DNA of 64,000 bases from an uncultured Methanosarcinales archaeon (GCA_963843555.1 CAWJKV010000002.1:160001-224000); one strand, 5' to 3'. Counted from the stretch's first letter, positions 1 through 10,707 are shown. Numbers and translations: made by a program. Notes: generated by a model from the letters alone, not told the origin.

Positions 1-574
1 CCTGACATCTGGGACGCATGCCCGAGCACTACTTCCAGGCGGTGGGAAGCGGCACGGGCGGCATATCCGCCTGGGAGGCCGCTCTTCGCCTCAGGGCAGG
101 ACGGCCGCTTCGGCTCCTTCCTTCCCAGGCTGCATTTGGCCCAGAATCTTCCCAATGCGCCCATTTACTGTGCCTGGACGGGAAAAGAGCCGAGCCCCCA
201 TGCAGCGATATGTTCGATGACGTTCTCTTCAACCGAAAGCCGCCCTACGCCATTCCAGGCGGCGTAAGAGACGCGCTGCAGGAAACCCGTGGCGAGGTCT
301 ACGGCATAACAGACGCACAGGCAGCAGACGGCCAAGAAGCTCTTTGAGCAGTCTGAGGAAATCGACATTCTCAATGCTCCGGCAATAGCCGTGGCGGCGC
401 TGGAGCAGGCGGCAAGATGCAGGCAGCATTCAACCCAAAGATATCATTCTTCTCAACATCACAGGCGGCGGCGTGGCCAGGATCAAAGAGGAGCATACCC
501 TGCACATGCTGAAGCCGCAAATCACCGTCTCCCACTGGGAGCAAGCAGTGCAATTTCTGGAGGGCAAGAAATGA
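1..574 (+). CDS. Cysteate synthase (threonine-synthase-like, coenzyme M pathway), 3' part, frameshifted
   Basis: [20 protein letters not shown] motif; the C-terminus ILLNITGGG...EGKK* reads in another frame, with the stop at 572-574. Confidence 0.8.
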
Positions 575-1490
575 GCCAGGCAATCAGCCAGAGTATGAGC
601 GAGGCCAAACTGCGATTCAGACAGCCGATGCAGTCTGATGCAGTGGATTGCCAGACAATCAATGCCAGCAGATCAATTGTGCAACAAATACGCGAGCAGA
701 CCCGAACATGTCCAGCCAACTATGCAGCAAGCTGTCCGGCCGGGGCCCTGACATTAACGATTCAGGGCGGCGTGGACAAGGACGGCCATCCCGATGCCGT
801 ATCCGAGATCGAGATAGCCCGGGGAGAGATAATAGGAATAGTAGGGCCCACGGGCTCCGGCAAGAGCACTCTTATCGCCGACATTGAGCAGTTTGCCCTG
901 GGAGACACGCCCTCGGGCAGAAGGATTCTCATAAACGGTCTTGCGCCTGAGGTGGAGCAACGCAGCGATCCCAGGAAGAAGCTGGTGGCCCAGCTCTCCC
1001 AGAATATGCACTTTCTGGCGGACATGTCTGTGGGCGAGTTTCTGAGAATGCATGCCAAATCCCGGGGCAAGGATCCAGGGCTGGCAGACAAGGTCATAGC
1101 TTGGCCAACACCCTGACTGGAGAGCCGGTCAATCCCGCCTTCCAGCTCACCATTCTCAGCGGCGGCCAGTCACGGGCCCTCATGGTTGCGGACATCGCCG
1201 TCATCAGCGACTCGCCCATTGTGCTCATCGACGAGATTGAGAATGCGGGCATAAAGAAGCAGGAGGCTTTGCGCCTTCTGTCCGGCGAGGGAAAGATCGT
1301 GGTAGTGGTAACTCATGACCCCATGCTGGCCCTCATGGCCCCCCGTCGCATTGTGATGAAGAACGGAGGCATGACCAAGGTCATCAGCACCAACGAGGAT
1401 GAGCAGAGGATCTTCAAGGATATCGAGAGGGTGGACGGCTGGCTCACAGCGCTGCGGGAGACCATTCGCCAGGGCGAGGTAGTAGCTTGA
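571..1490 (+). CDS. ABC-type ATP-binding protein (soluble), frameshift near 1100
   Basis: Walker A GPTGSGKS, signature LSGGQ, Walker B VLIDEIE and H-loop VVTHD, split over ORFs 391..1116 and 1101..1490. Confidence 0.8.
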
Positions 1491-2186
1491 AGATGGTGGT
1501 GGTGGCCGGCACGCCGGGCTCGGGCAAGACCTCAGTGCTCATGCATGCCGTGAAGGATCTGATCCGGGCGGGGCCAGACCCGGCGCTGGTCAAGATCGAC
1601 TGCATGTGGACTGAGGACGACGCCCGGTTCAAGCGGCTGAAGGTGCCCGTGGCCGTGGGCCTCTCCAAGGACATGTGCCCGGACCACTACGCCATCTACA
1701 ACTTTGACGAGATGCTGGAGTGGGCAGAAGCCCAGGGAGCGGACATCCTGCTCAATGAGACGGCCGGGCTGTGTCTGCGCTGTGCTCCTTACCCGGACAA
1801 GGCTCTGGCCATCTGCGTGATCGATGTGACCACCGGCCCCAACAGCCCTCTAAAGGTCGGGCCGCTGCTCACCACTGCCGACGCTGCGGTCATGACCAAG
1901 GGCGATCTCGTCTCCCAGGCGGAGAGGGAGGTCTTCCGGGAGCGCATTCTGGAGGCCAATCCCGGATGCCGGATCATCGAGGCCAACGGGCTATCCGGCA
2001 AGGGCTCGGCGGAGCTGGCGGAATTGATCATGAAGCTGGCCGGACATCTCCGGGGAGATGGTCTTGCGGCACAATCCGCCTCTGGCCATCTGCACCTTAT
2101 GCACGGGCGAGCTGCGCGTCTCCAAGGAGCACCACCGGGGCGTGCTGCGCCATCTGGACGGCTTCATGGAGTACACCGGCGAGTGA
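1487..2186 (+). CDS. HypB/UreG/CobW-like GTP-binding protein, frameshift near 2040
   Basis: [17 protein letters not shown] and TKGD motifs; C-terminus PPLAICTLC...EYTGE* in an alternative frame. Confidence 0.8.
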
Positions 2187-2228
2187 GCAGAGAGAAGCAG
2201 GGAAAAGGCCGGAGAGGATGGAACGAGC

Positions 2229-2857
2229 ATGAAGCAGATCGAGAAGCTCTTGCCGGGCTACAACTGCGGAGAGTGCGGCCTCTCCAGCTGCCGGGAGTTC
2301 GCAGCCAAGCTGGTGGATGTGGCCGGGCTGGACAGGTGCACTATTCTCAAGCAGGAGAGATTCAAGGGTCGGGCGGAGCAGATTGCAGAGCTGTTGGCCT
2401 GCTCGGAGAAGACGGAGGAGATCATCGGCGTTCTGGACGGCCTGCAGGCGGATTTCGCCTTAGCGCCGCTGCCGGGCGAGCCCTCCTGCCGGGAGGATCT
2501 GCATCCCTTCAATCCCGAGGCGCGGCTGAAGGAGGGCGACATCTTCCGCTACCGGCCGTTGGGCTGCCCTATCACTCATTTTGCCAGAGTGCTCAAGATC
2601 CGATCAGGGGATTGTCACCGTTCATCTGGTCGGGCCGGTGCACCTGCTGCAGGGGCTGCCTGCGCCGGAGGACATCGGCATCTGCATGGTGGCTCGCCTT
2701 TGAGGGAACGGTGAGCAGGGGCAAGAGGCCGGAGGTGGGCGAGACGGTGCGCTTTCTGCCCGAGCACTGCATGATGCAGAAGGTGCATTCAGGAGTGGTG
2801 GTGCACTCGGAAGGGAACAGGGTGAGGATCGAGGGGATCGATTTGAAGGTGTGGTAA
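2229..2857 (+). CDS. Fe-S binding protein (LPGxNCGxCGxxxC domain), frameshifted near 2600-2700
   Basis: N-terminal [15 protein letters not shown]-terminus [12 protein letters not shown]...DLKVW in another frame. Confidence 0.75.
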
Positions 2858-2904
2858 ATGGAATCGAGAATTTTGCTTCTTAACTATGCGAGAATTTGAA
2901 GAAC

Positions 2905-3122
2905 GATAGAATTCAAGGTCTCATCAGAATTCTTTGATGATGTTTATGATATCAAGACCTTTGACAGCTTCCTCCTCCGATACGAATGCAGGTTCTGAAC
3001 GGCAAGGTCCTGTACGAGGATAATACCACCTTTATCTACGACAAAGCCTAGAGACCTTTAAAGAGTTCGAATCCTTCATGCGCGGGTATTACGATTACCT
3101 GGGAATAGAGGCAATCGACTGA
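2905..3122 (+). pseudogene. Decayed 3' half of a minimal nucleotidyltransferase (MNT) antitoxin gene
   Basis: DNA closely matches 7975-8195 (e.g. ggcaaggtcctgtacgagga, tacgattacctgggaataga) but has indels and stops. Confidence 0.75.
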
Positions 3123-3204
3123 TGAATGTTAGGAAAACAGATTTTAAAGAAACAATGATAATGAATTTATGCCGAGAAGTCTGTTACATAGCCGAGGGTA
3201 CAAA

Positions 3205-3432
3205 ATGTACGAAGATAGAATAGTGATCGATCCGGCAGTAAGGCATGGAAAGCCGATCATAAAGGGTACCCGTGTTCCATTGGAGATAATTCTCGGCTCA
3301 CTTGCCGACGGCATGGATATTGTTGAGATTGTCAGGGAATACGATCTACAAAAGGAAGATGTTCTTGCTGCCCTGGCATATGCGGCCCGATTGATAGCCG
3401 GAGAAGAGATCACCGTCTATGTACAAGCCTAA
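3205..3432 (+). CDS. DUF433 family antitoxin-like protein
   Basis: IVIDPAVRHGKPIIKGTRVP...EDVLAALAYA, typical of DUF433. Confidence 0.85.
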   Translation: MYEDRIVIDPAVRHGKPIIKGTRVPLEIILGSLADGMDIVEIVREYDLQKEDVLAALAYAARLIAGEEITVYVQA

Positions 3433-3525
3433 ATTTTTGCTCGATGCAGATATGCCCAGATCGAGTGCTGAGGCTATTCGCTCCCTGGGTTTTGATGTGG
3501 AGGATGTTCGAGATTTAGGCATATT
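3419..3525 (+). pseudogene. Truncated DUF5615 (Mut7-C/PIN-like) toxin
   Basis: KFLLDADMPRS...LGFDVEDVRDLG N-terminus, then unrelated sequence; follows DUF433. Confidence 0.65.
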
Positions 3526-3713
3526 AATCATCACTCCACGTGGTCCGGGGTCTCTTATTATGCCTGGCCTCCACCTTCCGCCCTTTAAAGACATGCCTTC
3601 CTCACGCACGCAGGAATGCGAGAGTGTGCCTGGGGTGCTGTTGACCTGTCTGCAATATGGCGTTTCAGGCTAAATATATAAACTTGAGAGGCTATTTTGA
3701 TATCGGTGATGGG

Positions 3714-3890
3714 ATGATTGTGAAGGCGAAATACGAAAACAATGTCTTGAAGCCCCTTGATAAGTTGGATCTGATTGAAGGAGAAGAGGTGGACATTGAA
3801 TTGAAGAAAAGGAGCCTCTTCGGGCTCTTAAAAAAGTGGAAGATCGACTCTCAATCTTTAAAGGATGAGCTGAGAGAGACCAATGGTTAG
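3714..3890 (+). CDS. AF2212/DUF104-type (VapB-like) antitoxin
   Basis: IVKAKYENNVLKPLDKLDLIEGEEV; overlaps the downstream PIN gene. Confidence 0.8.
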   Translation: MIVKAKYENNVLKPLDKLDLIEGEEVDIELKKRSLFGLLKKWKIDSQSLKDELRETNG

Positions 3891-4260
3891 ATTATTTGCG
3901 GATACTTACGCCCTCATCGAGCTTCTCAAGGGAAATCCCAACTATGAGAGCTATTCTGACGTGGAATTGGTCTCTACAGAATTTAATATTCTTGAGTTGG
4001 CATACGCTCTTTTCAGGGATTTTGGACCCGATGAGGCTGCAAGGGTTATGAAATCCGTGAGAGCTAAGATCGATGTCATGCTTACAAATGACACAGATTA
4101 TACAAATGCGTCTCGGTTCAGATTGTCTGAAAATAGGACCGGAAAGAAGCTTTCCCTGGTGGATGCCCTTGGTTATTCTTATTCCAGAAAGCTGGGAATA
4201 AAATTTTTGACAGGAGATAGAGAATTCAGCGGAATGGAAGACGTAGAGTATGCCAAATAG
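3883..4260 (+). CDS. vapC: PIN-domain (VapC) toxin
   Basis: FADTYALIE...LSLVDALGY...LTGDREF acidic PIN motifs. Confidence 0.85.
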   Translation: MVRLFADTYALIELLKGNPNYESYSDVELVSTEFNILELAYALFRDFGPDEAARVMKSVRAKIDVMLTNDTDYTNASRFRLSENRTGKKLSLVDALGYSYSRKLGIKFLTGDREFSGMEDVEYAK

Positions 4261-4269
4261 CGTTATTGA

Positions 4270-4412
4270 ATCTACCGCAGGGCTGCCCGCGCCCGAGGAC
4301 ATTGGGCCTCGCAATGGTTCTGGCTTTGAGGGCATCATTCACTAGGGGCAAGAGGCCGGACGTAGGCGAGACAGTGCGATTCCCTGCCCGAGCACTGCAT
4401 GATGCAGAAATG
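4270..4412 (+). repeat. Degenerate copy of the 3' end of the Fe-S gene (about 2640-2785)
   Basis: aggggcaagaggccgga...gcccgagcactgcatgatgcagaa shared with 2717-2782. Confidence 0.8.
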
Positions 4413-4643
4413 GTTTACTGCGCATCAGGATGCAATGAAGAAGGCTATTATCGATTTCTCAGTGAGGCGTTTGTTGATTTTTGATACGATTTCACATCCG
4501 ATGCCTCTGCACATCTTCGCGAATAATTCATCGTACTTATCAAGCGCAAAATCACTTCTTCAGGGATACAATCCTCTTAAGATTGCAATTACCCAAAAGT
4601 CTTTTGCGAAAGAAATTCTATCCGTAGAGTGGAGGCTTGATCA

Positions 4644-4946
4644 ATGAGACTGCTAATTGGCATTATGCTTTTAATGGTGTTTATTGGCCTGGCAGAATCA
4701 ATACAGGAAGGAGGGACTACCGGAAAAGTAATCCTCCTTGGGAGCTTATCTAAGAATGCCCTGAGTCAAACCAATGGTTCAAACGATTCCAATATCACAA
4801 ATCAAACCAATATAACAGACCAGAGCAGCAAGGCAATCGCCATAAAGAATCCCATGAGCACAATTCCTATTTCAAACAGGTATAAGAGCGCAACCTCGCC
4901 CAATTCCATCGAAGCCAATTCAATAGCATACAGATTTACAACTTGA
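4644..4946 (+). CDS. Small secreted hypothetical protein
   Basis: N-terminal hydrophobic signal; several N-x-S/T sequons. Confidence 0.6.
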   Translation: MRLLIGIMLLMVFIGLAESIQEGGTTGKVILLGSLSKNALSQTNGSNDSNITNQTNITDQSSKAIAIKNPMSTIPISNRYKSATSPNSIEANSIAYRFTT

Positions 4947-5126
4947 AAATATTATTTTTTATTTATAGATTTATTTAATTGGTATCGAATGGAGTCCTGA
5001 AATATGATTGATGATCCATCAGGGGTTTGTGATCAGGCAATACAATCACTCTGTAATGCCTTAAACCAAAAGCTTAAGCCACCCTATCGAAGGGCTTTTA
5101 ACCGCAGCCACTTATTCTAGGAGCCT

Positions 5127-5573
5127 ATGGGGATTAGTATCAAGCATACGATTTTATTTCTGGTGATCATATCATCCGTCTTCATCTATCTTCCTCAGGC
5201 AAAAGGAGGTTGTGCAGGAGGTTGTTCAGTCTCCGGCGGCGGGGGTTCTTCATCCAACTTCATGGGCGACCCGGCAGTCAACATCGACATGTCCAGCTTT
5301 GATGAGTTTGTCAGGGACAACCTTGGCAGTGATCCTCAAACGACATTACAGGCGAAATCGCTCTCTCAATATGAACCATTAAACAGCAATTCATCCAGTA
5401 ACCAAACCAGCAATGGCAATGTTAGTCAGAACAGCTTTGCAGTCAGTCCTGCAATCAATAGCTCAGGAAACACGACATCCAATAATGGGACAGTTAAATT
5501 AGATACCACAGGAATGCAGGACAAGAGATTATCAACTCTGGTTTTTACCGCTTTCAATAACAATATGTTCTAG
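5127..5573 (+). CDS. Secreted Ser/Asn-rich hypothetical protein with GGCAGGC motif
   Basis: Signal peptide, CxxxC just after the cleavage site, low complexity. Confidence 0.65.
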   Translation: MGISIKHTILFLVIISSVFIYLPQAKGGCAGGCSVSGGGGSSSNFMGDPAVNIDMSSFDEFVRDNLGSDPQTTLQAKSLSQYEPLNSNSSSNQTSNGNVSQNSFAVSPAINSSGNTTSNNGTVKLDTTGMQDKRLSTLVFTAFNNNMF

Positions 5574-5882
5574 ACCGAACCCTAATGAACCTGGATGATG
5601 TGGAATCTCAAAGCAAAGAAGCAGGCAAAGGAACAGGAAAAAGATTGATGATGCTAGCTGGCTTGGATCACATCTTCATCGGAATTTATCAAATCTTGGT
5701 GCAGGAGGAACATCATGGTCGAGAGAACAAGGAACCAAAAAGTGCATATTCGGGGCGCTCTCTCCAGATCAAACAATTCTATGTAATCTTGATTTCGCAC
5801 TTCAATTATATGCGATAGATTATAACACATTAATATCTAATGCCAAAACATATTTATTTCAATGTCATCCTATCCGTGAATT

Positions 5883-6668
5883 ATGAAAACAAACAGGTTA
5901 TTATCGACGTTATTGGCGTTTGTTCTACTGGCATGTTTATCAGGGGTTCAAGGGCAATATGTGATCCCACTGAGCAGTTCAAGCACTTCGCCAGGTACTT
6001 CGCAGTACTCTCAATTCTATACTGCACTTACAGGATCTGTCCCAAACTCATATATTCAGCCCCCAGTGCAATTCAATCTCACAGGCAAGACCCCAGCAAA
6101 TGTCTACTTCGGCACCCAGATGCAGCAAGTTCCTTACTCTACCTATCAATCAACCGCATCCGGTAATGCCCTATGGATACAGGGAGCAACAGATTGGTCA
6201 CAATACGCTGCAGTTCCCCAGAGAACGATGGTATCGCTATTGGCGATCTCGCCCAGCGAAGGCAGCGGCAACCTTATCCTGGTCGATCCAAGTGGTCAGA
6301 ATTATACCTCTAGCTACTTCTTTTATCCCGCTAGCCAGCTTGGCTTCTATGCAGATGCTCCTGGACGGTACACGTTGTCATTTATTGAAGGCGGGATAAC
6401 AAGCAATCCTGTGGTAATAGATGTATCAAACACAGTGACAATTTCTTACAATCCAACAGCAAATTATTACCCACCTTCACCCAATAATCCCGCAAAGTCT
6501 TTAGGAAGTTATTCTGGGTACGATGTTCCATTTGATAGCAATGCTCCTCAAGCCGCACTGGACTATAAAGCTGCGAACAGAGCAAACCAGAAAGTGTTTG
6601 ATAACTATAATAGTGGCAATCCCTTTGCCTGGGACTATGGAACCTACCAATGGTTGAACTCGCCTTAA
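5883..6668 (+). CDS. Secreted Ser/Tyr-rich hypothetical (cell-surface) protein
   Basis: Signal peptide; 261-aa open frame. Confidence 0.7.
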   Translation: MKTNRLLSTLLAFVLLACLSGVQGQYVIPLSSSSTSPGTSQYSQFYTALTGSVPNSYIQPPVQFNLTGKTPANVYFGTQMQQVPYSTYQSTASGNALWIQGATDWSQYAAVPQRTMVSLLAISPSEGSGNLILVDPSGQNYTSSYFFYPASQLGFYADAPGRYTLSFIEGGITSNPVVIDVSNTVTISYNPTANYYPPSPNNPAKSLGSYSGYDVPFDSNAPQAALDYKAANRANQKVFDNYNSGNPFAWDYGTYQWLNSP

Positions 6669-6770
6669 TTCCGTGAAGGGGGAAGAAATCGACAGCTTAT
6701 TATTTTATCCTTTTTTTTAGGTTATAACCCGGTATCCACTAAGTGAAATGTTTCTTACATAAATTTAATA

Positions 6771-6944
6771 GCATGTAGGTTCTGGCCTTTGAGGGCACGA
6801 TTCGTTGGGGCGAGGTCGGAGGTTGGCTAGGCGATGGGCTTCCTGCCCATACACTGCATGATGCAGAAGGTGCATTCGGGAGTGGTAGCGCACTTCGAGG
6901 GAGCCGGGATGAGGATCGAGGGGACCGATCTGAAGGTGTGGTAG
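6771..6944 (+). repeat. Second degenerate copy of the Fe-S gene 3' end, including the stop codon region
   Basis: cactgcatgatgcagaaggtgcattc...gaggatcgagggga..gat.tgaaggtgtggta matches 2765-2856. Confidence 0.85.
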
Positions 6945-7104
6945 CAGATAGCGAAATTCACGAGATACAATCAACTGCATAATGGTTTAATAATTTAAAG
7001 GGATGCGGAGATGATTTACCGCCCATCTTCTAGAACATGGGATTGCTGAAAAGCCTCCAAAGTCTGAATATCAAAGCGATTCCATCGGCACATTTGCCAT
7101 CATG

Positions 7105-7335
7105 CTACCATCTCGGTCCTGCCAAAGCCCGCTTCCCAAGATTGGTTAGCCCTGCCGCATTTATGCCGTTTGGGAGGCTGGAACGTTCCATATCCGACTC
7201 GCTTTGGGTTTTGACATATCCCTGCATCTCCAACCCACCCAGGCGTGCCCCAAGTTCTTCGGGATCAAGTTTTACCAGAGAATTGATCCTATCTGCTTTT
7301 GGATAGGGAACCTTAAGGGCGGCTATTGCTTTCAT
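7105..7335 (-). CDS. Small hypothetical protein, possibly winged-helix
   Basis: 76 aa; LGARLGGLEMQGYVK...LTNLGKRAL resembles a wHTH wing. Confidence 0.5.
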   Translation of the reverse strand: MKAIAALKVPYPKADRINSLVKLDPEELGARLGGLEMQGYVKTQSESDMERSSLPNGINAAGLTNLGKRALAGPRW

Positions 7336-7465
7336 GATCTCGAAATCAATGGTGTCCGTTGTCTATCACCTCAAGTTAATCAAAGTGCAACCCTGTAATA
7401 GTTATAGTTTCTTGCGATTTCTTCTGTCGAAACGGTTTTATCGGGAGATGACATATTTAAGAGAT

Positions 7466-7621
7466 ATGGCAGACGATAGTACTATTAAGAGCCTGATCTT
7501 GCTGGTTCTGGCAATCATAATCGTCATTGCCCTCTGGAGAACCTTGTGGTTCCTTGCTGGAGTGGCGATATTCATATTTGTGGTCTATATAGTTTACCAG
7601 TTGCTCAAGGACAAACTCTGA
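7466..7621 (+). CDS. Small membrane protein
   Basis: Two hydrophobic segments in 51 aa. Confidence 0.6.
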   Translation: MADDSTIKSLILLVLAIIIVIALWRTLWFLAGVAIFIFVVYIVYQLLKDKL

Positions 7622-7808
7622 TTCGTCCGCTTTGTAGACCCCAGGCAGATCCTAGGATTTATGCTGAGAAAGCAGTATAGATAGTGATTTGGGGCACAAA
7701 ATGCCAAGGAATACAACCTGCAGAAGGATATTCTGGCTGCCATGGCATATGCTGTCCGATTAAATATCCACTAAAATGCCGCAGAAGCCCGCAAAGGGAT
7801 CAATCATT

Positions 7809-8195
7809 ATGCCAAGCTTAGCCCAAAAAATTGATCGAGCCGTCAAGGAGATCATAGCTCTAGGCGGCCCCAAGATTCGATTTATCATCCTCTATGGCTC
7901 AGCCAACGAAGGCCGTATGAAAGAGGATTCGGACATCGATATCAGCGTGTACTACGATGATGCTGATGCCTCCGAATTCCGTCTCAAAGTCTTATCCGAT
8001 CTCTTTGACGATGTCTATGATATCAAGATCTTCCAGCAGCTTCCGCTTCCTATACGCCGCCAGGTCTTGAAGGGCAAGGTCCTGTACGAGGACGATACCA
8101 CCTTTATGTACGACAAAGCTTATGAGACGATTAAAGAGTTTGAATCCTTCAAGCGCGGATACTACGATTACCTGGGAATAGAACCAATAACCTAA
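7809..8195 (+). CDS. MNT antitoxin (nucleotidyltransferase, type VII TA)
   Basis: ILYGS...DSDIDI motif; upstream of a HEPN/DUF86 gene. Confidence 0.85.
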   Translation: MPSLAQKIDRAVKEIIALGGPKIRFIILYGSANEGRMKEDSDIDISVYYDDADASEFRLKVLSDLFDDVYDIKIFQQLPLPIRRQVLKGKVLYEDDTTFMYDKAYETIKEFESFKRGYYDYLGIEPIT

Positions 8196-8208
8196 GCAGA
8201 GGCATGGA

Positions 8209-8673
8209 ATGGCAAGAAATAGAAACCTCAGGGCGGAACTGATAAGGTCAAAATTAGTTGACATCGAGGAGAGCGTGAACCTTGTTTCAGAGAACCTTCC
8301 TCAAAGCTTCGAGGAATTTTCTCAGCTTGGGCTGGTCAAGGATGGAATCTACAAGAGAATGGAGTTTGCCATCGAGAATATTATTGATATTACCTCAATA
8401 ATTAACTCGGATCTGCGTCTTAGCGTTCCCGAGAGCGAAGAGAGTTTTGTTGAAAGCCTAGTCAAAAATGAAATACTGACGCAGAATATGGCAGAGAAGA
8501 CTCGAAGAATGAAGGGATTCAGAAATATAATAGTCCATAGATATGGAAGGATTGACGACCTTTTGGCTTATAAAATTCTAACAGAGCATATGGACGATAT
8601 CTACGAATTTATGGAATCAATCGAGCGATTCCTGGATAAAACGGGAGAGCAATCGGACCCGCAAGAGTTGTGA
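8209..8673 (+). CDS. HEPN/DUF86 RNase toxin
   Basis: GFRNIIVHRY (Rx4H HEPN motif). Confidence 0.85.
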   Translation: MARNRNLRAELIRSKLVDIEESVNLVSENLPQSFEEFSQLGLVKDGIYKRMEFAIENIIDITSIINSDLRLSVPESEESFVESLVKNEILTQNMAEKTRRMKGFRNIIVHRYGRIDDLLAYKILTEHMDDIYEFMESIERFLDKTGEQSDPQEL

Positions 8674-8879
8674 GCAAGCTGCAATAATAGATGAAAACTA
8701 TAATCGCCCAGCAATTGAAATCCTGCGTGCAGTGCCCGCAGGCCCATGCGCACGCGCGCGCCTGCCTGCATGCGAGAGAGTCCTTTCCTGTATTCTATGA
8801 GGCCTAACTCCTATCGTCCAGTCCGTTTCCAGAGAGATTTAATTAGGTGGATGCACATATAGCTAGACGGGGTGCATGC

Positions 8880-9101
8880 ATGATAAGAGCAAAATTCGAA
8901 GACGGCAAACTTCCCATTCCTCAGAACATCGTGCAAAAAGCGGGGCTGAAAGAGGGCGATGAAGTTGAAGTGGGGCTTGAAGATGGAAAAGTGATTATCA
9001 AGCCTCTAATTGCCAAAGAAGAGTTCAAGAGGGAATTGAAAGGCTGTGTGGAGATCTCAAAGATCAATCCTCTTGAGGTAAAGAGAATATGGAAAGCCTG
9101 A
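8880..9101 (+). CDS. AbrB/MazE-type antitoxin
   Basis: GKLPIPQNIVQKAGLKEGDEV...GKVIIKP. Confidence 0.8.
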   Translation: MIRAKFEDGKLPIPQNIVQKAGLKEGDEVEVGLEDGKVIIKPLIAKEEFKRELKGCVEISKINPLEVKRIWKA

Positions 9102-9499
9102 TATTTATAGACTCCAACATTTGGTGCTATTACTTTGATCGCTCTGCCCAAGAGCACGATCTTGTTTCAGAGAAATTAGAGCTAGCACTGGAAGGGGTTG
9201 TGGCTATAAATACCGTAGTCGAGATGGAGTTAGCCCATTACCTCATCAAGAGTTTAGGTGCTCAGGGAAAGAGGAAAATGGATCTATTCCTTTCATTCCC
9301 TATGGACGTTGTCGACTTCGACCAGCTATTGGCTATAAGATCGATTGAACTTCTTGCAAAGTTCTCACAAATTGGAATAGGCGGGTGAGATGCCACTATC
9401 TTGGCCGCTATGGAAGAGCTCGGGATCAAGAAGCTAATGACACATGATCGGGCTTTTAAACGGATAGACTCAATTGAGGTCGTAGATCCAATAGTCTGA
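9089..9499 (+). pseudogene. vapC: PIN/VapC toxin interrupted by an in-frame TGA at 9386-9388
   Basis: FIDSNIW N-terminus; the same frame continues after TGA as DATILAAMEELGIKKLMTHDRAF...DPIV*. Confidence 0.75.
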
Positions 9500-9543
9500 T
9501 AGGTTTAAAAGAGAGAAAATTCGAGATTGATAAACACAAACCA

Positions 9544-10015
9544 CTAACTTATGGGCGCATAGATTATGGTGAGGATCTCCTCCGGCGGGACCTCTCTGGG
9601 ATCGTTCAGGTAAGCCTCTCTTATGGGCCCGGTCAACTTCAGTCCATTTTCCTGAAGCCAGGCAAAGAGCCTCTCGTAAACCGGCCCGCTCGCCTCGTAA
9701 GGGCCTTTGTGAATTACCTTCGCCATCTTCCCGCCGGAAAGCTCGTGGCACTTGATCTCATCCTTCTCTAGTATCCTTTCGGCAACGGGAACACAGACTT
9801 CGATGTCGGCATTGCCTGCCTCATCGGCTTTCACTGCATCTTCAACGCTCTTCTCATGCCAGAGATAAAGGGGCGGCCCGGCAATTACGGCTCCCTGGCT
9901 CATAGAATACTCAAATAGAGCAGGCAGCATCTTTGCGATCTCCTTGTAATGCCCTTTCCGTCGCATTCCTGCCACGAGCTCGGGCCTTTTCATCTACAAT
10001 TGTTATTTCGTTCAT
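9544..10015 (-). CDS. GyrI-like small-molecule-binding domain protein (frameshift near 9990)
   Basis: HKGPYE...IREAYLNDPREVPPEEILT; probable start MNEITIV at 10015. Confidence 0.8.
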
Positions 10016-10151
10016 GCCTTCACACCAATCCAGTCCTATTTTTCCATTAGTGCTGAATATGCTGAATCTCTCAGTTCCCGGCTAAACTTTTTATAAGATC
10101 CGGTCCTAATTAGCAGCAATTATTTCCCATTGTCAAAGGAGTGTTCTTTGC

Positions 10152-10547
10152 ATGCTGCATAAGGATAAAAAATCAATTAACACAAAGGTTTCGCCTTTCT
10201 GGACCTCTAAGATTAGAGCGCTTGCGGCAATGGTACTAATTGTCATGCTGGCAATGCCTGCCATGGCTCATTCGCCAGCCAGAGTGAATCTCGATTACGA
10301 CAGCCAGAATCAGACCCTGAATGTAACAACGACTCATGCCGTATCAAATCCCAGCAGCCATTATGTCATGAAGATTGTCGTCGAGAAGAACGGTAAGCAA
10401 GTCTTGACCAAAGAATACCAGAGCCAGCCCACTTCTTCCAAGTTCAGCTATGACTATCCCATCAACGCCAGCAAGGGAGATGCTCTCAAAGCGACTGCCT
10501 ACTGCAGCATTACCGGCCGCAGATCCGGCGAGATCACAGTTGCGTAG
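10152..10547 (+). CDS. Secreted hypothetical protein with His motifs
   Basis: Signal peptide ending AMA-H; HAVSNPSSHYV. Confidence 0.6.
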   Translation: MLHKDKKSINTKVSPFWTSKIRALAAMVLIVMLAMPAMAHSPARVNLDYDSQNQTLNVTTTHAVSNPSSHYVMKIVVEKNGKQVLTKEYQSQPTSSKFSYDYPINASKGDALKATAYCSITGRRSGEITVA

Positions 10548-10707
10548 GATGCAAAGCCGGCCGCAATGCAGGCAGCAGCTGAGAATGAAACCGTTGGGAA
10601 TGCATCGCTACCTCTGGAGAAGGCCAGTTGATGTGCAGCCTCTAAAAGACGGAAAAAAGAGATAGATGAGGGCTGATAACCCTCGTTATCATCACCGCCA
10701 GCGCGGC

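Noticed and set aside
1487..2857. 456-aa GTPase/Fe-S fusion protein
   Set aside because: The middle is out-of-frame read-through caused by indels; two separate genes explain the motifs
9386..9388. Selenocysteine in VapC
   Set aside because: Not a Cys-equivalent position, and no SECIS evident
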